This document shows positions 1 through 13,028 of a DNA stretch of 64,000 bases, in pieces. How positions within the stretch are numbered: position 1 is the first letter of the stretch; each line of letters begins with the position of its first letter. The notes under the pieces were generated by a model, which was not told the DNA's origin, searched no databases, and saw only the letters and a list, made by a program, of their open reading frames with translations. The stretch covers positions 30,884 to 94,883 of the forward strand of contig JAQGDQ010000796.1 in assembly GCA_030141605.1 (NCBI GenBank). Direction: 5' to 3'. This DNA is from Tubiluchus corallicola (Eukaryota > Animalia > Priapulida). The translations under genes and the position numbers were made by a program.

Positions 1-949
1 TTACATTTACCAACCTAAAATATTTAAAGAGAGCATTAAATTTTAAAAGGTAATAACCTCCTTAGTTAAAAGACCATGTCCATTTTCAAGTTTATTCTTT
101 TCCAGTAACCGTCAAACTATTGTTAAAGTTTTAGGTTTGCAAATGAAGTTACGTTGCTTGATTTGTTGAACAGGACTTTGTAATCTTCCAGTAAATCAGG
201 AATTTAAGTTTTTTCTTACCTGCGTAGAGACAAAATCTCAGGTGAACCTTTCCAGGTCTTTTGTTCAGTTCTCCCTCTGGTGTTAGGAATTAGTTGAGTC
301 TTCGAAACAAACTGCTTTTTCAACAGATGCAGTTTTGCGTCTTGTAGATGCAAGGATAGAGATCTCCCGTCGTCTTCTGTTCCTCTTTTGACAGCTATTT
401 TCTCTCCGCACGTGGTGACGCTTATAATATCTTGTCTCTCGCGAAATGCAACGTTTTATCTCAAACGCGCGGATTAGCAGTTGACGTAATTCGCACATGC
501 GCAGTAAAGTTCTACAAGAAGCCGTGAATTAAGTGAATTTGCTGCGCGCACGTGGCTGGTAAATTTCTGCCATGTTAGCTTACAAGAGAACGAGGTTTCT
601 GAAGTGTTTTAATCAGATCAGAACTTTCAAGTGAAATTAGGTAAATTCTAATTATATCTTCTTTCACATATATGTACTTTCGACAGTCTTACTAAAGTAT
701 TTATGACATAAAGCTACAAAAACAGAATAACCACTAAAAAACTAAATACAGAAACGTTAACTTACAATTTACAGAAACTCACATAAGAAAAGAATTAGTT
801 GAAATTTTTTTACAAAAATGACAAGCATTAAAGGTACATTCCAAAAAATTTCGAGCATATAAAAACATCTCTATTGTAACGTACATGTTTTAATAAAACC
901 ATTACACCTGTTTACAACGTGGCATCTAAGATTATACATACATTTATGC

Positions 950-974
950 AAATAATGATAATAATAAAAATAAA

Positions 975-1018
<44 letters not shown>

Positions 1019-1052
1019 CAACAACAATAATAATAATAATAATAATAATAGC

Positions 1053-1109
<57 letters not shown>

Positions 1110-1179
1110 AATAATAATAATAATAATATTGATGATGATGATGATGATGATGATAATGAATAATAATAATAATAATCAC

Positions 1180-1239
<60 letters not shown>

Positions 1240-1410
1240 TAGAATAAGAATTAGAATTAGAATTACAATTATAATTATAATGACAATGACAATGACAACG
1301 ACAATGACAATGACAATGAAAATGACAATGACAATGACATTGACAATGACAATGATAATGATAATAATGACAATAACAATAATAATAACAATAATAATAA
1401 TAATAATAAT
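950..1410. repeat. Compound microsatellite (AAT/AAC/GAT/ACAATG)
   Basis: Directly visible simple repeats; they explain the poly-I/T/N ORFs 871-1458 and 919-1242. Confidence 0.97.
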
Positions 1411-2084
1411 TCGGTGAACTGTGTAAACTAAAATAAAGTGCCGCCCAGTTGCGTGCATTTCGCCATTCGCTAGTTACATGAATGCAGCCTTTTTGGAAAT
1501 GCGTTGCACAAAAAATAGGCGCTGTGCCTCTCAGTTCGGTGACGTACTTGGCATTGCGGTAAGACAGGAATCTGTATTTTTAACCTAAAATGTGCCAAGT
1601 TGGTGCAAATTGCAGTCAGTGCGGTACAGCAGTTTTCGCATTTACAGACGCGTGCAACACCCCAGTGGAATGTTTTTGCCATTAAAAAATATGTTCAGTT
1701 GTGACGTCAATACTAGCCCGTGCTTACTTGCCGTTAATTAAGCCTGTAAGTCGATATTTAATTGTGAGAAACACTATGCGTCTTTATATGTTAAAATGTA
1801 CATTTTTACCGTACTTAAAACGTAGCCATATGAAAAAATCATCTTTTTTCGTTTAAAGACAACTGAATTAGCAACTTTTTGTTTAACTAAATCTTAATTT
1901 TCAATTATTTTGAACAAAGTCATCAATTAACATGATTATCGATTAGTTAAGATATTATTTGTTCTTTCTTTTTCTTATTATTTCGTGTGCTAGTTGGATT
2001 CAAGCAGTACTTAGTATCTGAATTGAAAATCATCATTTTCTTGGTGTAAATACAGCCCTTCTGTGAACATACATCTGTCACAGA

Positions 2085-2181
2085 TCGAAGGTGAACACCA
2101 ATTTCCTCCGGGAGAAGAACATCGCCGTTCTTGAATGGCCTGGAAACAGCCCGGACCTCAATCTGATAGAGAGGGGGGAGG

Positions 2182-2219
<38 letters not shown>

Positions 2220-2621
2220 TACTTGAATGGCCTGGAAACAGCCCGGACCTCAATCCGATAGAGAATCTCTGGGAGATACTGAAGGATAAGGTGGCAGACA
2301 GGCAGCCATCAAGTGCTGAAGACTTGCGAAGAGTTATCAAGGACGTTTGGGTTAAAGAAATTACTTCCGAGTACTGCCAAAACCTAATTTCCATTATGCC
2401 TCTTAGAATGAAGGCAGTGATTGACAACTTCGGCGGCCATACAAAGTACTAAAATGTTCAAAGACTGTGACTATTTTTGGATAAAAACATACAAACTATG
2501 CTGTAGTATATTTTTCTAGAAGAATAAATGAATAGTTTTTAGCTGGAACCGTGTTAAACGATGGTTTTGTCAATTTTCATGAAAAAAAATCACTTTGGTC
2601 TTAAACTTTAACAAATGATTG
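2085..2621 (+). mobile_element. Tc1/mariner remnant: transposase C-terminus plus right TIR
   Basis: WPGNSPDLNPIENLW...GGHTKY motif, interrupted by a ~35-bp duplication and a GA tract. Ends TTGGTCTTAAACTTTAACAAATGATTG|TA, the same end as the elements at 11688 and 20131. Confidence 0.9.
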
Positions 2622-2752
2622 TACATCAATACTGATCCCTTTTAAGAAAAATATTCATGTGAAATCCTCAATGTGCGCTTTGCTGGTATTTTGCTGAAGT
2701 TGAACTTTATTAAAATGTTTCAAGACACTTTTGTCATCATAAGTATCTAATA

Positions 2753-3127
2753 AGCCTTTTCATAGTTTCGTTGTGCGCACGCGCAGTTGCTGTAGGTCAA
2801 AGGCTAAGCGTACCACACCAACGCGTCTTAACTACAACCGACATGTGACATGTTGGTAACGCAAAACATCAGTTCAGTATCTTCATTATTTTATGTGAAC
2901 TTTACTTAATTATTCATTAGTCTATGTGTAGAGTGATTTACTAGCAGGATCTTGTTTGGGAACAGGAAAAAAATGAACTAGGTAAGGATCTAGCTAGCTG
3001 TTAAAACTGCTACTATTACAATACTTGGGCTGCGAGACGTTGTTAAGTGTACACAAATGCGTTGTCTGGTACACTTAACCTTTGACCTTTTTATGATCAT
3101 CATCAATCGCTGAAACTTTGAAAAACC
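2753..3127. mobile_element. Non-autonomous DNA element, PIF/Harbinger-like
   Basis: Imperfect TIR GCCTTTTTCATAGTTTC...GAAACTTTGAAAAAACC; related ends recur near 45631, 51801 and 57837. Confidence 0.5.
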
Positions 3128-3217
3128 TTATACATAGCAAATTTTGTAAACCGTGTTTAAGGAAATACAACAAAATGCAAAATAAAAAATAGCTAACAAA
3201 GTCTAGCTATAGCTTAC

Positions 3218-3751
3218 ATAAAGGACAAGAAAATCTATACGTAAGTAAAACTAAAAAATGGTTTGAGATTTTGCATCGCTTACATACTGCCTATAGAGCT
3301 TGTAGCAGCAGTAACGTTGTATAAAACTTGTAAATTTAAACTCCCATGTTGACTTAAATAATGTTTTTTTTGGTGAACAAATGGCGTGTTGTGATGCACA
3401 CTGGGATAGTGAAACAGTGACGTTCTACCAGGTCGCACGAACATTTTACATTACTAAAAAATTTTCTTTTCCAATTACGTAAGTCTTTCAAACAGGAAAG
3501 CGTAATATTAAGTACAGTCAAATCTCTTCACACTGCCTCTACGGGACTGTAAAGCTGATTTTAAGCGAGCTTGGCGTTGTAACAAGATGCATTAATACAT
3601 AGACGTCTATGTAAATATAGACATTTTGTTTTGTCAAAGATTTGGGCGTTAAGCGAGATTGAGATCATAAAGGGGGCGATGTGGCTGTAAAATAAATTTC
3701 TATGGAAAATTCTTGCGATATTCTTCAAAATTCCGTTCTCTTTTCCTTTAA
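3218..3751. mobile_element. Diverged copy of the TTAAAG...CTTTAA (Kolobok-like) non-autonomous family
   Basis: Starts TAAAGGACAAGAAAA and ends CCTTTAA; internal similarity to 27447, 36653 and 38101. Confidence 0.55.
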
Positions 3752-3822
3752 ATTATTATCACTCATATTACCCCTCTTTCATCGTATACATTAATTCTAC
3801 TGGTATAAGCTTTATATATATA

Positions 3823-4162
3823 TATTGGACTGAATTCGACACAGGGGGTCGAACTCCAAGATGGCACGGCTGTCTTGATATTGGACTGAATTCGACACAG
3901 GGGGTCGAACTCCAAGATGGCATGGCGGTCTTGATATTGGACTGAATTCGACACAGGGGGTCGAACTCCAAGATGGCATGGCGGTCTTGATATTGGACTG
4001 AATTCGACACAGGGGGTCGAACTCCAAGATGGCATGGCGGTCTTGATATTGGACTGAATTCGACTCAGGGGGTCGAACTCCAAGATGGCATGGCGGTCTT
4101 GATATTGGACTGAATTCGACTCAGGGGGGTGGAACTCCAAGATGGCATGGCGGTCTTGATAT
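3823..4162. repeat. 56-bp tandem repeat, about 6 copies
   Basis: Unit GATATTGGACTGAATTCGACACAGGGGGTCGAACTCCAAGATGGCATGGCGGTCTT. Confidence 0.95.
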
Positions 4163-4286
4163 TGCGCATCATGAAGATCCATTTTACTGTCGTTGTGTAA
4201 TTGATTACTTAACTACAAATGTCAATTTTAATTACAAATGTTATGTTAATTAACCAAGTTAATGTCTGTAAACTAGTACCGTTACC

Positions 4287-4628
4287 TGTTATAGCATGTC
4301 ATTTAACTCTCATAAAATAAAATACACAAAAACTACACTGTACGGAGTTTATTAACAGCACTAATAAAAATAGGGCACAAAATACACAAAAAATAACTAA
4401 CTAACTCAGTAACAGCACTACACCCGAGGAGCACCTGTGTCAGAAATCCAGGCTGTAGTGACCTCTACACGCTTTTATACTGGCATTCCAGGTCAGCTGG
4501 CTTCTCACACCACGTGTAGGCCCAAACAAGACGTCTGGACCTACAAGAAAGGGGTGAGTCGCTGCTGACGTGGAAGCAGGGCGTGTAGAGGGCGCTACAC
4601 CTGACCCGACACAGGTGCCTCCGTAACA
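4287..4628 (-). mobile_element. Probable solo LTR
   Basis: Minus strand reads TGTTACGG...ATAACA with TATAAAAG and AATAAA in promoter-to-polyA order; no clean TSD found. Confidence 0.4.
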
Positions 4629-5526
4629 ATGTATAAGATTCGAGGCTACTGCTTCGACGACGGCACCATTTGCGGCGATCTATACATCAAACGAAAAGTT
4701 TCGATCTAGTGTCGTGCCATTGGGGCCCACCCCACCAGAACTAACGGGGGCGAAAAACCTCCAAAAATGGCCATTTTTCGGCCGTTTTTTGCAAAACTTA
4801 TACGCCTGAGATCTGAAGAACGGGAACGGGTCGAGGGTGGTGCTGGGTATGGACAGATAGCCCGTTCAGCGGTGGATGTCATAGGCGTATTTAGAATTTG
4901 CGACAGGGCCACGGCGTCCCGTAACGGGCGTTTTCTCGGACCAAACTCGCGATTTTGGTCAAACAGCCTGCAGCAAAAACGTTCTAGCGGCGCCTGGTGG
5001 GACTCTCGGAAGGAGATATATAGCTCTTTAGAAAGAGGAAGAACAGGGCTACACGATGGTGTGGGCTATATTTTAGGACACGTCCACTAAGAGGAGTACT
5101 GACGAGTTAATTAGATGTTCTATTTTCGCCAATTTCCGCTTGGAATCTTAATTATTTCATTGCCACGGTTAGCACTTGTTACAATCAATTGTGCATGTGT
5201 TCTGTATACAGAAAACAGGCGCAATACAGCAGAGCCATAACTGAATTTAGCCTAACCTAATCTAACAAATTGAATTTAATTGTGAAACAAACGGACTTTA
5301 TTTGATCAACCAATCCTAATCGAATTTTGCTTAACTTTGATATATTCAGCTGGGCCGCATAACAATCCCAGTGCGTGAGGGAAATCACCAATACGAAATT
5401 GTGGCGTGGCGTATCCACTCGATGAGCGATCACTAATCAACCGACGGGCACAAACTGTGACGTTTTAGTTTGGTTTTATGCAAGGGGAGAAATAATAATG
5501 CGATGAAACATGTTTGAAATCAGACG

Positions 5527-5857
5527 CTTTGTAACTTTGTAACTTAAAGCATGTTTCTGTTAATTGTGTCATGTCAAATGTATATATAGTGTAAAATATG
5601 TCATGTAAAATTTAATGTACTTTTGTAATATTGTTTTGTAAAAATATTTTAATATGGTGTTTGTAAATATGTTCATTTATCGTATATAATTAGGCCTTAG
5701 TTTTGCACTTTAGTTTTTTTAGTCTGAACTGGACGCATTTGTCTTGAACAGTGTTGTTATCTTAACATTACGCTTAACATTAACTTAACATTAGGCTTAC
5801 TCAATTTTATTATAATGAGTGAACCATTTTAATGACAAATAAATATATACATATATA
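5527..5857 (+). mobile_element. Non-LTR retroelement 3' UTR-like fragment with (TA)n tail
   Basis: Near-identical copy at about 46020-46320; ends AATAAA followed by TA repeats. Confidence 0.55.
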
Positions 5858-6361
5858 AGGTATTTACCTTGAAAGAAAAGCGGATATAATAATAAATAAC
5901 AGCTTAAGACAACTTAACCTATAAAATATAGAAATTGAATATATTGTTTTTAGGACCGATTTATGTTAAATAATTTGGCATACGCGCGGCTGGTTCTTTA
6001 TGCGTTTCGCCATTCACTAGTAAGAACGACACTGGCGCCTGCATCTCCATCTGGTGCTGCAAAAAACAATCGTTGTATTTCTCATTTCAGATTTTGTTCA
6101 GTTGTGATAGAGTGCATGCGCTAGCACAGTGGTAAACTTGAAATTTAAATTTTTAAAGCTAAAGCTGCTTGCCTTTTCATCAAATAATAACAGATTTAAA
6201 GCACTGATAATTTATATTTGTTAATTTTTCATATATTTTATAACTTTTCATGTGCTTTATAATTTTTCATAAAATTAATACTACTTATTTAATTATTTAC
6301 AAGTTGGAAATATAAAACACTGTCCGTATGCAATATAATGTTAGTTAACACTGAAACGTTA

Positions 6362-6954
6362 TGTTAAACAGAGCCACAAATATGTAAACACATCAGCACT
6401 GCCATAAGCACTGGCACGTTACTGGATCAGACTACATTACATCAGCTTACATAGGTATCTGGCAATGTTGCTGACCAATGGGCACAGACGTCGCAGTGAC
6501 TGACAGATTAAGGTCACTGTGTTCGGACAACGTAACGATTGCCATTTAATGGTTACTGTCATGCAAGCAGCTAACCAGTGTTTGACTAACTGATGTCAAG
6601 TAAATGTTCAAAGAATAGTTGCTGACCATTGATTAGCAAGTCAGCAGATGAAGGCAAGTCAGCAGAAGACAGTACTAAGTATAGAATTGACGTTAGATGT
6701 AAAAATAGATTTCTAATAATAGCGTATATTATAGCGTATATAAGCAGTGTCAGAACGCAGCAGAAGAAGTTCTTTATTCGGTTGACTTGTTCTTTATTCA
6801 TGTTGAGTTGTTCTCACTTTAGTGGGTTACTCCTTTGTGTTTAGATTATGGACGTTATTGTACTTCAATAAACTATACAATCACACTTTTTCTACATGTT
6901 TACGGTTTCTATACTTTAAAATAAAAAACTATAACTGAATAGAGTAACGACACA
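6362..6954 (+). mobile_element. Solo LTR (BEL/Pao-like)
   Basis: TGT...ACA termini flanked by the exact 6-bp duplication ACGTTA (6356-6361 and 6955-6960); TATATAAG near 6737 and AATAAA near 6867. Confidence 0.75.
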
Positions 6955-6964
6955 ACGTTATTAT

Positions 6965-7775
6965 TAAATTATATATATATATAATATATAATATATAATA
7001 ATCTTTATTTGCCATTAAAATACATTGATAATCACTGATAAAAACTTTACAGAGATGATCAATCAGTGTTAGTTGATAAAAACTTACACTGCTAAAGACA
7101 ATTGCGTCAGTGCAATCTAAACTACTGTGCAGTAATGGAAAGTAACGACGTATAAAATCAAACATATTTACAACTATGCACAAAAAAAAACAAATTATGA
7201 TTTAATTAATATGGCCGTGGGTATATGAATTCTGAATTAGTGTGTATGTTGTCGTACTGGTGTGATGGTATTTCATATCTGGTTAATATTAGTGATTTTA
7301 ATTTTGTTTTAAATGCTGATAGGGACTTGATTTGTTTAACCTGTAATAGTAGAGAATTCCAAAGTAGAATTGCTCGTTTGATTACAGAGTTCGTTCCGTC
7401 GTGGGTATTTGTCCTAATTTGTTTTAGATTGCTTGTTCTGGAATTAACGATAGGATTTGGAAAAAAGGTAAATCTGTTATTCTGGAATGGTTTGCTGATG
7501 TTGTTAATGTATTTAAATATAAAAAGAAGAGTAAAATATTCTTTGTGTGCTTCAATGATTGGGAATTTTAAAGTTTTTCTCGGGTTAGTTCAAATGGAGA
7601 TTGACAACATGAATTTGGAATATGCCGATTTGATTAAAATAACAAACCGAGGCATCAGGCCCAGGATTAAACTCTTTTATTGGTTTTTTCAGTTAATATT
7701 AAATCAGGCCCCCAATTAAAAATTGAGGTCACATTAGATGAAACCCCTTAAATCATTTGATACAACGAATCATCA
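6965..7775 (-). mobile_element. 5'-truncated LINE (CR1/L2-group-like ORF2 end, 3' UTR, (TA)n tail)
   Basis: Minus strand encodes ...LLWNSLLLQVKQIKSLSAFKTKLKSLILTRY; shorter copies at 18766, 33335, 48716 and 51165. Confidence 0.8.
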
Positions 7776-7817
7776 AGAAAGCTGGAGTTGTCGCCTTAGA
7801 AGATATATATCCATTCT

Positions 7818-7819
<2 letters not shown>

Positions 7820-7893
<74 letters not shown>

Positions 7894-8215
7894 CATGTGT
7901 GAGGGGAGAGAGAGAGAGAGAAAGAAAGAAAGTGTGAGTGTGTGTGTGTGTGAGTGGAGAGAGAGAGAGAGAGAGAGAGAGAAAGAAAGTGTGAGTGTGT
8001 GTGTGTGTGAGGGGAGAGAGAGAGAGAAAGAAAGTGTGAGTGTGTGTGTGTGTGAGGGGAGAGAGAGAGCGAGCGAAAGTGTGAGTGTGTGTGAGGGGAG
8101 AGAGAGAGAGAAAAAGAGAGTGTGAGTGTGTGTGTGTGTGTGAGGGGAAAGAGAGAGAGAAAAAGAGTGTGTGTGTGTGTGTCTGTGTGTGTGTGTGTGT
8201 GTGCGTGTGCGTGTA
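7820..8215. repeat. (GT)n/(GA)n compound microsatellite
   Basis: Directly visible. Confidence 0.97.
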
Positions 8216-8582
8216 TTATATATACAATATGTATTATAATATACATATAATACATTAAAGACATACACCAAGACATTTTAAGGACAAATCTTGCAGATTT
8301 CCTTGCAAAGAATACGTCTAATAATGATAATTTTTCGCCCCTCGTTCCTCGCGGTGGGCCCGATTAAAAAAATAAACCCCCAATGGCATGACACTAGTTG
8401 GAGACCTTTCGTTTGATGTATGGATCGCCGCAAATGGTGCTGTCGCCGTAGCCTCGAATCTTATATATATATGTAAATATATATATGTTATACATATATA
8501 TAACATACCAGCAGAATTAATATATACGATTCTACAAGAAATGGCTGCTATGCGAGCGTGTGGTGCGAGCGTGTCGGTTGCT

Positions 8583-8631
8583 GTGACGTCACCCATTTGT
8601 GATGCGACTGCGTTACCATGGCGACTATAAA
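8583..8631 (+). promoter_or_regulatory. Putative promoter of LRR gene 1: CRE palindrome, RFX X-box and TATA
   Basis: GTGACGTCAC 8583-8592, GTTACCATGGCGAC 8612-8625 and TATAAA 8626-8631, about 90 bp before ATG 8719. Confidence 0.55.
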
Positions 8632-8718
8632 CTCTGTACGCTCTGGTGGATACCGTTATGGCTGTTCTGTTTTCTTTTGTTTGGTTGCAAGACGTTCACG
8701 TTTTCTGAATTACATGCA

Positions 8719-10965
8719 ATGAATTGCCACCAATTCATAATTCAATGTTTTCTCTTTCTTGCGATTAATGTGCTTAATAGTAGAGTAGTAGAAACGACCA
8801 ACTCAACTTGGGAGAATTTCTTTCCACGATGTAAAAGATTCATTTATAAAAAACCCGAGGGTGAGAAATATGAAGTCAGGTGCTGGTTTGACGACACAAG
8901 ACATGACGAGACATTGTGGGAGACGCTGAAGACAAAACTTAAAGAGGGTAATCGTCCCAAAGTGGATAGTTTTGTTGTGGAAAATCTGCAGTATGACGAA
9001 ATTCCCAAGAATTTTCTAGATGGCTTCAGTATCGCTAATGTCGATCTAGTAAAAATGGAAGACGTTCGCCAAATTGGAGCAAACTTCCTGAACGCATCAC
9101 ATGTCGAAAGAGTTAAAATCACCAATTTCGCAGCATTGAGGCGTATCAATCAGTTTGCTTATAACAATTTAATACATTTACGTGAAATCGTGATCTTAAA
9201 TTGCCCAAGTTTGAGCGAGCTGAAATTGTCGCTGGACAAGCTAGAGAAATTGGAACGTCTACACATAGAATTCACGAATATCACCACGATGGATAAGCCA
9301 ATCTTTCATTCAAACATTACCAAGGACTTTAGCCTTTTCTTTTTCAAAAGTCCAGTAGCTTGCGACTGTCGGATGACGTGGATAGGTGAATTTTTTCAAA
9401 AGTCAAACGTCCATTGTAAACATCTCCCTAATGCAATACAAAAACAAAATGGGTCAGCAGTAAGTACGAGGGAGTTGAAAATTGCAGAAGTTTGCCCGAC
9501 TGGACCATGCAGTTTTGAGAATTTAATCTGTTTCATCCGTTCACAGTCACCTTGTAAAGTGGACTGTGGTAATTCGGACGTTGGGCACATCTGCGATAGC
9601 AAGATCAATTCCACCACATTGCTAGAAATTGCAGGTAATATTACAGACTACACATTAGAACTGAAAATCTACTTTTACAGAGACGACAAGCTACCAAGCA
9701 AGTTTCTTAACCGAAAGAACGTCGCAACACTAATATTTGAAAAATCTGAATTTTTTTCTCTATCTGAGAATGATCTGCCACCCAGCCTTGAATACTTCAC
9801 CATGAACTATAGCAAAGAATTCAAGGAAGTACATCGCAATGCTTTCTATGGGTTAAAGCAGTTGAAAGCGGTGACCTTCATTGCTTGTGAAGCATTGGAG
9901 ACAGCTAATCTGGATTTGTGGAATAGTCCCTTGATCAATTCCATCAGCTTCACTCAGGGATCAAAAATCGAGCGGATGTCAAAGCCTTTCCTGCACCCAG
10001 ATGTCAATCCTGGAAACGTACATTTTGCTCTCTTGGAAAGCAGACTGATTTGTGACTGTGACATGTATTGGATGTTTAATATTAGCTGGGCTTCCAGAGA
10101 AGTTGACTGTTACGAACCTAAAATAGCTCACACAAAGATGAATATTGATATGATTGAATGTGATCAGCCACCTACAACAACCGTAAGACCTCCAAGAGAC
10201 ACATGCAGCATCAGTGTGAGCAGTTGCACCGTTTTCCACGAGGATCCTTGTGAACTTCATTGCGGCCACTCTGGAAGAATCGGTCACAAAGAGATGCGGC
10301 AGATATCAGCAGAGATTAAACCATACATCTATGCATTAGTCATCTTCAGTTACAAAGACAGTCGGCTTCCTAAAGAGATGCTGAATGGAAAACATGTCAA
10401 GAAACTGACACTGCAAGAATCAGCAATAACAACTCTAGACAAATATGACATACGAAATGCCAGAATCGAGCATTTTATGATGAATATTAATCCCTTTCTT
10501 GTGTCAATTCATCCAAAAGCATTTTTTCATATAGGCCTTTTGAAGTCGATTTACTTTTTATCGTGCACTCAGCTAGCGACGGCGAATTTGGATCTTACAA
10601 ATAATCACAAAATCAGCCACATTTCGTTTGTAATATCGAAAATACAGCACATGTCTATGCCTGTCTTGTACGCTGACGTTAAACCCGAGACGGTGACGTT
10701 CAAACTGGTAGAAAGCAGACTCATTTGTGACTGTGATGCGCTTTGGATGATCAAGGTTAAATGGAATCAGTCTGTTGTGGATTGTTATGAACCAAAAGTA
10801 AATCACATATTTTTAAACAAGACTGACTTTGTTTGCCCATGGAAAAAAGCTCTTCGCACAATGTCTGCCAAATCTGGAAATTCTGTTAACATGGTGGCAT
10901 GGCATCTGCATCAGATGGCTGTATATTTCAGTTTTAATTGCTTAGCTTTGAGTATTTCGTATTAG
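8719..10965 (+). CDS. Intronless secreted or GPI-anchored protein (748 aa) with three tandem divergent LRR modules
   Basis: Signal-like MNCHQFIIQCFLFLAINVLNS. Each of three modules has a Cys N-cap, LxxLxI-type repeats and an LRRCT-like cap (SPVACDCRMTW, SRLICDCDMYW, SRLICDCDALW). PT-rich linker and hydrophobic C-terminal tail. Confidence 0.88.
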   Translation: MNCHQFIIQCFLFLAINVLNSRVVETTNSTWENFFPRCKRFIYKKPEGEKYEVRCWFDDTRHDETLWETLKTKLKEGNRPKVDSFVVENLQYDEIPKNFLDGFSIANVDLVKMEDVRQIGANFLNASHVERVKITNFAALRRINQFAYNNLIHLREIVILNCPSLSELKLSLDKLEKLERLHIEFTNITTMDKPIFHSNITKDFSLFFFKSPVACDCRMTWIGEFFQKSNVHCKHLPNAIQKQNGSAVSTRELKIAEVCPTGPCSFENLICFIRSQSPCKVDCGNSDVGHICDSKINSTTLLEIAGNITDYTLELKIYFYRDDKLPSKFLNRKNVATLIFEKSEFFSLSENDLPPSLEYFTMNYSKEFKEVHRNAFYGLKQLKAVTFIACEALETANLDLWNSPLINSISFTQGSKIERMSKPFLHPDVNPGNVHFALLESRLICDCDMYWMFNISWASREVDCYEPKIAHTKMNIDMIECDQPPTTTVRPPRDTCSISVSSCTVFHEDPCELHCGHSGRIGHKEMRQISAEIKPYIYALVIFSYKDSRLPKEMLNGKHVKKLTLQESAITTLDKYDIRNARIEHFMMNINPFLVSIHPKAFFHIGLLKSIYFLSCTQLATANLDLTNNHKISHISFVISKIQHMSMPVLYADVKPETVTFKLVESRLICDCDALWMIKVKWNQSVVDCYEPKVNHIFLNKTDFVCPWKKALRTMSAKSGNSVNMVAWHLHQMAVYFSFNCLALSISY

Positions 10966-11156
10966 AACTATCGCTTTAACACTTACATTTATATTTTTCA
11001 TGAACGTTCTGTAATTTGAAGCAAAATGTTTAATTATTTCTGCCTCTTGTAGATGCAAATATTCACTTTCCTACTAATAAGGTTTTCTAATCAAGAATTT
11101 GGTTTATTATCACATAATATATTCGCTCTTGTCAGCACCTGTTTAATCATTTAGAT

Positions 11157-11634
11157 CAGGGGTGTGCAAATTATCTGACTAGCCGGGCCACATTAAACTT
11201 TCCCGCAATTCCTATAGGCCACAGGCAGTTTGATCAAGGAGCCAAGTACAGAAAGGCCTAATAACGATATTTTTGCATCCGACCTGCGTACATCATTACT
11301 GCTACACTCAAGAAACGATTTTAGAAGTTATTAAAATTTATATTACAAACCATATATTTCTACTTTCAGGACAGATAGTGGTAATTTCATTACAATGCAT
11401 ATTAGTAATGTGTATCACACAGTCTGTGTAGTACAGTGTTATTAAGCTACAACCGTCTTGTAAGGGTTAATGGCATCCGATCTAGTAGAAAAAACTACCT
11501 GCACTATCTTTGGGATCGTGGCACGGACTTCAGCTGGATACACTCAACTAATCGCCCGGGCCGCACTTTCATTAGGTCGACAAATCTCTTCGCGGGCCGC
11601 AAGTGGCCCGCAGGCCGCAATTTGCACACCCCTG
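11157..11634. mobile_element. hAT (Charlie-like) MITE
   Basis: TIR CAGGGGTGTGCAAA / TTTGCACACCCCTG; 8-bp TSD ATTTAGAT/ACTTAGAT. Confidence 0.85.
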
Positions 11635-11687
11635 ACTTAGATAGATAACTTCAGAAACTTGCTTTGTCCAGTGTTACCACGCTTTTA

Positions 11688-12345
11688 CAGTCATTTGCAA
11701 AAGTTTAAGACCAAAGTGATTTTTTTCATGAAAATTGCCAAAACCATCCTTTAACACGGTTCCATCTAAAGAAACTGTACTGGCACTCAATTCCAAGCCT
11801 GTCAAGCGCATCTGAGCCCGAATCTTCTTGCAGGAGCTCATCGGCGAGTGTAACACCATGCGTCTCATGATGTGGTCGTCTCTTTGGGTAGTCTTCCGCG
11901 GATGTCCTGAGCGTACCACCATGCGTCTCATGATGTGGTCGTCTCTTTTGGTAGTCTTCCGCGGACGTCCAGACCGTTTCCTATCGCTGTAAGTGCCATC
12001 AGTTTCGAATTTGACGATAGCTTGGTGCACGGCTGTCTTGGAAAACCGTAATCTAGCACTTATCGCCCTTTCAGTATATCCTTCTTGATGTAAAATCACG
12101 ATTTGAACCCTCTGAGTCTCACTCAATGACGATTTTTTGCCCATTTTTTGGATCACAAGAAAAATACAAAAACGGCTGATCTGTATGGATAGCGGCAGGC
12201 AAATGAGTCACTCATACTCACTAGACGTACTGTCTCAAATCACTAGCAGTATGATGCAATCAACAAAGAATCTGATGCAATCAGGGTACAGTATGATGAA
12301 AATCCCGAAAACTCGAGCTTGGTCTTAAACTTTTGCAAATGATTG
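11688..12345 (-). mobile_element. Internally deleted Tc1-like element keeping the N-terminal paired-like HTH ORF
   Basis: 27-bp TIRs CAGTCATTTGCAAAAGTTTAAGACCAA (1 mismatch) and TA TSDs; ORF from ATG 12144 reads MGKKSSLSETQRVQIV...RSGRPRKTT. Confidence 0.92.
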
Positions 12346-12569
12346 TAAACTAAAGCTATGCATTTCAAACAAGGTGGACCACCTTAATGGAACGTAACAA
12401 AAACAACAATTAGGAAAATTGAAAATCACAAAAATAAACAACATTGTACTTTACAATGTACTGTCCGATGTCAACCGTTCACAGTAACAGTGAACAATGT
12501 ATCACAGGCTGACTACTGATTACAAGGCAAAAACTAAAGAGTATTAACAGTATCATAACTCTTTATTAA

Positions 12570-13028
12570 CCCTTTCATACCCGTTATATCCCATGGGATA
12601 CGAGAATATTAAATATTTCTGCCTTTAAAATTAATAAAATTTTAAAACTGAGAGTTATTTGACATGTTAATAGTTATTTTGATTTAAGCCAATAACAATA
12701 GACTAAAAATGGTGATAAAATGGCAAACTAAAAAATCTACATAGCATAAAAAACTGTGCAAGGTACAGTACTTTAGAGATGACTTTGTACAGATCAGCAT
12801 AGCATGCATACTAAATGTCTTAAATACTTTAAAAATTATCAGCATTTGCTTTTTATCATGTTTAGCAACCATTGAATCCCAATGTATCCCGTGGGATACA
12901 TGCTATATTTAGCACACGGGCACAGGTAGAAAAAAATAATTATTATGTGTAAACAAGATGGATATACTGAACAAAAGTACCAAGGCAAAATTTTTTTTCT
13001 TGTTAAAAATGATTTCGGACTGAAAGGG
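12570..13028. mobile_element. piggyBac-like MITE
   Basis: TTAA|CCCTTTCA...TGAAAGGG|TTAA. Confidence 0.8.

Noticed and set aside
871-1458. Poly-I/C/Y ORFs, and similar ORFs at 7.8, 15.5, 26, 28, 43, 49-50, 58 and 63 kb
   Set aside because: Translations of micro- or minisatellites and low-complexity DNA
4700-5090. GC-rich ORFs 4767+ and 4706-
   Set aside because: No recognisable protein motif; more likely an unclassified transposon fragment
8599-8718. N-terminal 40 aa of the 788-aa ORF
   Set aside because: Starts at a GTG and overlaps promoter motifs; ATG 8719 begins a credible signal peptide
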